In this document: positions 44,157 to 47,623 of the stretch, piece by piece | Position numbering within the stretch: the stretch's first letter is position 1 | Layout: every line of letters starts with the position of its first letter | Source of the DNA: Desulfosalsimonadaceae bacterium | GTDB lineage: Bacteria > Desulfobacterota > Desulfobacteria > Desulfobacterales > Desulfosalsimonadaceae | Assembly (NCBI GenBank): GCA_035312245.1 | Contig: DATGCF010000257.1 | Coordinates: 1 to 47,623 of the forward strand | DNA length: 47,623 nucleotides | Direction of reading: 5' to 3' | Made by a program: the position numbers and the translations under genes | Notes under the pieces: model-generated | The model's database searches: none | Told to the model about the DNA's origin: nothing | The model's input: only the letters and a program-made list of their open reading frames with translations

Positions 44157-44245
44157 AACCCCAAATTTATAGGGATAAGGAAAGTATTAGATTTTCCTTA
44201 ACGTAAACGAAAAGTTTTAGACTCGAAACTGGAAAGGAGGTAGTG

Positions 44246-44548
44246 ATGGCACGGAAATTGGTAAAAACAGTTGTGGTATTGGCTCTGATTGGTCTGCTAA
44301 CCGGATTTGGCGGTAACGTACTGGCAGCCGATGAAGGCGGGAAGATTAATATCAACACCGCCAGCGTGGATGAGCTGACACAGCTTAAAAACGTCGGGCC
44401 CGCTTATGCGGAGCGGATTGTTGAATACCGGGAGGCACATGACGGATTCAACTCGGTCGAGGAAATTACAAAGGTCAAGGGCATCGGCCCGAAGACCCTC
44501 GCGGACAATATAGATAAAATTACTGTGGGCATTCCGGAAAAGGAATAA
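44246..44548 (+). CDS. ComEA-family helix-hairpin-helix DNA-binding protein (secreted or anchored)
   Basis: About 100 aa with a signal or anchor (VVVLALIGLLTGFGGNVLA), then ININTASVDELTQLKNVGPAYAERIVEYRE..GFNSVEEITKVKGIGPKTL. AGGAGG lies 5 nt upstream of the ATG at 44246. Confidence 0.85.
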   Translation: MARKLVKTVVVLALIGLLTGFGGNVLAADEGGKININTASVDELTQLKNVGPAYAERIVEYREAHDGFNSVEEITKVKGIGPKTLADNIDKITVGIPEKE

Positions 44549-44577
44549 ACACCTCAGCTCGGACGTTAATTAAAAAA

Positions 44578-44615
44578 AGAGCCTGTGCAGGATTTGCACG
44601 GGCTCTTGGTGTTTT
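44578..44615. terminator. Bidirectional rho-independent terminator between convergent genes
   Basis: AAAAAAA-AGAGCCTGTGCA-ggatt-TGCACGGGCTCT-tggtgTTTT. The stem is 12 bp with one G-U pair, with an A-tract on the 5' side and a T-tract on the 3' side. Confidence 0.8.
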
Positions 44616-44659
44616 AATCGGTTGTTTCCAATATGAAGAAATTTGCTGCCCCTTCGGTG

Positions 44660-44836
44660 TTACGTATAATAGGTTCCGGAGCAGGATATCCCCCTGGCGA
44701 GAAGGCCTTTGATCTCATCCATTAACCGGCACCTCTCCGAACACTCCGGCAGATTTCTCCTGTAGATACAATGCCGGCAAGGGCTTTCAAGCAGGTAACC
44801 GATTTCAAAATCAAATTTATCGCGTTTAATTGGCAT
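44660..44836 (-). CDS. Small Cys-rich protein (58-63 aa), CX2C-X8-CX3C
   Basis: The ORF-track entry is 44660-44851. I favour the second Met (MPIKRDKF..., ATG 44834-44836) because GAAGGAA lies 8 nt upstream. Four spaced cysteines (SPCRHCIYRRNLPECSERC) suggest a metal site. It ends at the bidirectional terminator. Confidence 0.45.
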   Translation of the reverse strand: MPIKRDKFDFEIGYLLESPCRHCIYRRNLPECSERCRLMDEIKGLLARGISCSGTYYT

Positions 44837-44856
44837 AGAAAATTCCTTCATAATTC

Positions 44857-45000
44857 TTAATATAATATCTGACGATATCTCGGCAAATTTAATTTAATAC
44901 CACTACAGCCTTCTCGGGTCAAATCCATCACAATATTTTTATGGGGCCGTATAATCGGCAAAAGCTTTTCATGCCCTGGTTCCTGGATGGCTTCCGTCAT
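44857..45000 (-). CDS. Candidate 47-aa small ORF immediately upstream of the Cys-rich ORF
   Basis: Hand translation gives MTEAIQEPGHEKLLPIIRPHKNIVMDLTREGCSGIKLNLPRYRQILY*, with a GGGGG run 8 nt upstream of the ATG (44998-45000). It is too short for the ORF track, and I recognise no family. Confidence 0.25.
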   Translation of the reverse strand: MTEAIQEPGHEKLLPIIRPHKNIVMDLTREGCSGIKLNLPRYRQILY

Positions 45001-45041
45001 ATAGAGCCCCCGCCTGCTATACCTTCCACCTGAAAAGTTGC

Positions 45042-45068
45042 TTGACAGCTAAATGGTATATATTTAAT
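45042..45068 (+). promoter_or_regulatory. Possible sigma-70 promoter for the DUF2760-Hsp70 operon
   Basis: TTGACA-N15-TTTAAT. The spacing is suboptimal and the region is AT-rich, so this is weak. Confidence 0.25.
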
Positions 45069-45228
45069 TAAATGCCTTCAACAGCGCAACAGCGCATTTG
45101 ATTAAAGGTATGTTTAGACAATACAAAAGTGATCCTTATTTTTGAATTCAGACACCGGTATGGTATACATTCCGCTCGTCCTTAGATGATCGCAGACATG
45201 CACCGAAAATCAATCAAGGAGCCTGGTC

Positions 45229-46038
45229 ATGAACATAATCAAATCCTTTTCCCGGCGAAGTCTGGCCTGGATTCTTTTTTTCATGCTGGTCCTGTCAGCC
45301 CTGCTGAACGGCGCCTTATATTGGGGATGGTGCGTTTTAACACGGGTCATACCCTTGAATGTGCTGGACAAAGCAGCTGCACAAACCCCCGAGCTGCAAG
45401 CCGGCCTGAATCGATTGCAGCCATGGACGGAATTTTTTAAACTTTATTTTATTCCAATCTCAACCGCTGTTCTGGTAATCATCGGATTGATTCTTTGGCT
45501 TTTCCTAAGAGGCTCGCTGGCCCGGCAGATGCGGAAAAACGGTTTGATAGAAGACAAAAAATCCGCCCCAAAAAAGTCGAAGAAAAAAAAGGTTGAAGGC
45601 ATGCCAGCCAAAACCGAAGAAAAGCCGCAAGCGGATAAAAAGGCGCAGCGTGATCTGAATCAGCGGTATTATCTCCATTTGCTGTCCGTGCTGCAGCGGG
45701 AGGGGCGGCTGGTGGATTTTTTAGAAGAGGATTTGAATCTTTATGAGGACGCGCAGATCGGCGCCGCTGTGCGCAGTATTCAAGACAACTGCCAAAAAAC
45801 CGTAAATAAATCCCTCTCGCCTCAGCCGGTGCTTGAAAAGAATGAGGGCGACACGGTCACCGTGCCGGCGGATTTTGATCCGGCATCCATTAAGCTGACC
45901 GGCCATGTGGGCGGGGAACCGCCGTTTACAGGCGTTTTAAGGCATCGGGGGTGGCGGGCGGCAAAGCTTGAACTGCCGACCCTTTCTGTTTCCCAGGACC
46001 CCCGAATTATTGCGCCGGCGGAAGTCGAAATCCAATAG
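45229..46038 (+). CDS. DUF2760-domain membrane protein
   Basis: 269 aa with two N-terminal TM helices and a Lys-rich linker. The C-terminal domain (YYLHLLSVLQREGRLVDFLEEDLNLYEDAQIGAAVRSI...FDPASIKLTGHVGGEPPFTGVLRHRGWRA) matches my recollection of DUF2760, which typically precedes atypical Hsp70 genes. Confidence 0.6.
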   Translation: MNIIKSFSRRSLAWILFFMLVLSALLNGALYWGWCVLTRVIPLNVLDKAAAQTPELQAGLNRLQPWTEFFKLYFIPISTAVLVIIGLILWLFLRGSLARQMRKNGLIEDKKSAPKKSKKKKVEGMPAKTEEKPQADKKAQRDLNQRYYLHLLSVLQREGRLVDFLEEDLNLYEDAQIGAAVRSIQDNCQKTVNKSLSPQPVLEKNEGDTVTVPADFDPASIKLTGHVGGEPPFTGVLRHRGWRAAKLELPTLSVSQDPRIIAPAEVEIQ

Positions 46039-46082
46039 CCAAAGCCCGGTTTCAAATAAAATTTAAGCTTTAGGAGGGTTTT

Positions 46083-47623
46083 TTGACAGAGCCCACATAT
46101 ATCATCGGAATTGACTTGGGGACAACCAACAGTATTGTCGCGTATACGGAAACCCAATCAGAATCCGCTTCGGATATCCGGATTTTTCAAATTCCTCAGC
46201 TGGTAGATGCCGGAGTGGTTGAAACGCGCGACATTCTGCCGTCTTTCATTTATTTGCCGACCAGCCACGAAATCTCGGCTGAGGGGCTGGCGCTGCCATG
46301 GGGCACCTGGAGTAGACTCATTGTAGGCGAGTTTGCCCGTAATCGCGGGGCCGAAGTGCCCAACCGCCTGATTGCCTCCAGCAAATCCTGGCTCTGTAAT
46401 ACCCATGTGGATCGGAACAAACCGATTCTGCCGTGGGATGCGCCGGAGGACGTCGAACGGTTATCGCCGGTGGAAGCATCGGCCATGATCCTAAGCCACA
46501 TTCGGGAAGCCTGGAACTACGAGATGGCGGGGGCGGATGACCGCCTTCGCATGGAAAACCAGGAAATTCTTTTAACCGTGCCGGCATCATTTGATGCTGT
46601 GGCCCGTGAGCTTACTGTCCAGGCGGCGGAGTCCGCCGGAATCCCCAATATTACATTGCTTGAGGAGCCTCAGGCAGCTTTCTATTCATGGATCGAGGCT
46701 GCGGGGGATCAATGGCGGAAGCGGGTGGAGAAGGGCGATCTGGTCTTGGTCTGCGATATCGGCGGCGGCACCACGGACTTTAGCACCATTCGAATTTCAG
46801 AATCTGACGGGGAACTCATCCTTGAACGGATCGCCGTTGGCGAACATCTGCTGGTGGGCGGAGACAATATGGATCTGGCCCTGGCCTATGCCATTGCCCG
46901 GAAGCTGGCCGAGTCGGGCAATAGGCTTGACTCCTGGCAAATTCGGGGGGTGGTACAGAGCTGCAGAAATGCCAAGGAGCAGATCCTTTCAGACCCGGAT
47001 ATCAGCGAATACCCCGTCACTGTGCTCGGACGGGGCAGCAGTCTCATCGGCGGCACCATGCGCGCCACTCTGGCCCGAAACGAACTGGAATCGGTGATTG
47101 TGGAGGGATTCTTTCCCGTGTGTGAGGCGTCCGCCATGCCCCAGCGCCAGCAAAAAGTCGGGCTCCAGGAGGCCGGGCTTTCCTATGAGTCCGACCCGGC
47201 GGTGACCCGTCATATGGCCAAATTCATCAGCCAGCATCAAAGCGAAACTGCGAATGTCCGCGAATTGCCCACTGCCATTCTATTTAACGGCGGGGTCATG
47301 AAGCCGGACGCGGTTCGGCAGCGCATCATGGATATCCTTGGCTCCTGGATGCCGCCGGCAACCGATGCCTCCGTCCGCACCCTGGACGCGGAATCTTTTG
47401 ACCTGGCCGTTGCCCGGGGCGCTACCTATTACGGGCTGGCCCGCAGGGGAAAAGGCATCCGGATTCGGGGCGGGCTGAATAAAACCTATTATGTGGGGAT
47501 TGCCGCCTCCATGCCGGCAGTGCCCGGAATGCCCGCGCCGGTGAAAGCGCTTTGCGTCGTACCATTCGGTACAGAGGAGGGTACGGATCTATATATTTCC
47601 GATCAGGTGTTTACCCTTGTGGT
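46083..47623 (+). CDS. Non-canonical Hsp70-family ATPase (partial; continues beyond the window end)
   Basis: Hand translation from TTG 46083 (AGGAGG 5 nt upstream) gives LTEPTYIIGIDLGTTNSIVAYTE..., ILLTVPASFD, VCDIGGGTTDFS and LVGGDNMDLA, the actin-fold phosphate-1/phosphate-2/adenosine motifs. The frame is open to nt 47623, which is why it is absent from the ORF track. Confidence 0.85.
   Translation, partial: MTEPTYIIGIDLGTTNSIVAYTETQSESASDIRIFQIPQLVDAGVVETRDILPSFIYLPTSHEISAEGLALPWGTWSRLIVGEFARNRGAEVPNRLIASSKSWLCNTHVDRNKPILPWDAPEDVERLSPVEASAMILSHIREAWNYEMAGADDRLRMENQEILLTVPASFDAVARELTVQAAESAGIPNITLLEEPQAAFYSWIEAAGDQWRKRVEKGDLVLVCDIGGGTTDFSTIRISESDGELILERIAVGEHLLVGGDNMDLALAYAIARKLAESGNRLDSWQIRGVVQSCRNAKEQILSDPDISEYPVTVLGRGSSLIGGTMRATLARNELESVIVEGFFPVCEASAMPQRQQKVGLQEAGLSYESDPAVTRHMAKFISQHQSETANVRELPTAILFNGGVMKPDAVRQRIMDILGSWMPPATDASVRTLDAESFDLAVARGATYYGLARRGKGIRIRGGLNKTYYVGIAASMPAVPGMPAPVKALCVVPFGTEEGTDLYISDQVFTLV

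Noticed and set aside
46158-47240. Several 80-170-aa ORFs on both strands (46158-46406, 46250-46501, 46318-46590, 46591-47097, 46886-47137, 46989-47240)
   Set aside because: All lie inside the hand-translated Hsp70-family frame, which carries unmistakable actin-fold ATPase motifs. They are shadow frames.
1-47623. Search by eye for CRISPR arrays, tRNA/rRNA genes, IS elements or integrases, long direct or inverted repeats, reverse transcriptases and toxin-antitoxin pairs
   Set aside because: None was seen. Intergenic spaces are short and the few long ones (24723-25130, 40718-41157, 43957-44242, 44852-45228) contain no repeat-spacer periodicity or tRNA-like T-arm sequences. A computational scan (tRNAscan-SE, Infernal/Rfam, CRISPR finders) would be needed to be certain.

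Overview
This 47.6-kb window looks like chromosomal DNA from an anaerobic Desulfobacterota-type (deltaproteobacterial) genome; that taxonomic call is inferred from gene content only. About 39 protein-coding genes are tightly packed, mostly on the minus strand, with many 1-25 nt overlaps between neighbours. I saw no rRNA, tRNA, CRISPR array, transposase, integrase or obvious repeat family.

All family calls come from motifs I recognised in the supplied or hand-made translations. No database search was run. Two edge genes are missing from the ORF track because they have no stop in the window, so I translated them by hand.

Main blocks:
1. 1-4391 (-): an AmmeMemoRadiSam module. It holds a Sec-signal Memo-AMMECR1 fusion, a polytopic spermidine-synthase-like protein and a Tat-signal radical SAM enzyme.
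2. 7388-23107 (-): a roughly 16-kb co-directional, partly translationally coupled envelope array. The order is a MaoC-like remnant, an AsmA/YdbH-like 1247-aa protein, a YdbL-like lipoprotein, a 2851-aa TolB-propeller/TPR/CHAT (caspase-like) giant, an SH3 protein, a Tat-signal M48 protease and a DUF89 phosphatase.
3. 25131-27861 (+): two DUF2914 genes followed by a fused CdaA-YbbR diadenylate cyclase.
4. 28641-30589 (-): a sigma-54 activator with an uncharacterised N-domain. Next to it sits a self-contained unit made of a sigma-54-like promoter, a strong SD, an unannotated 38-aa ORF and a hairpin.
5. 30618-37925 (-): housekeeping and accessory genes, namely HAD, glycosyltransferase, queC, an S1 protease, queE, manA and an M29 aminopeptidase.
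6. 41158-42741 (-): an orphan PilT/GspE-type ATPase.
7. 45229 to the window end (+): DUF2760 plus a non-canonical Hsp70.

The best candidates for an undescribed system are the YdbH/YdbL-CHAT-SH3-M48 array, the apparently exported AmmeMemoRadiSam module and the sigma-54/small-peptide unit.
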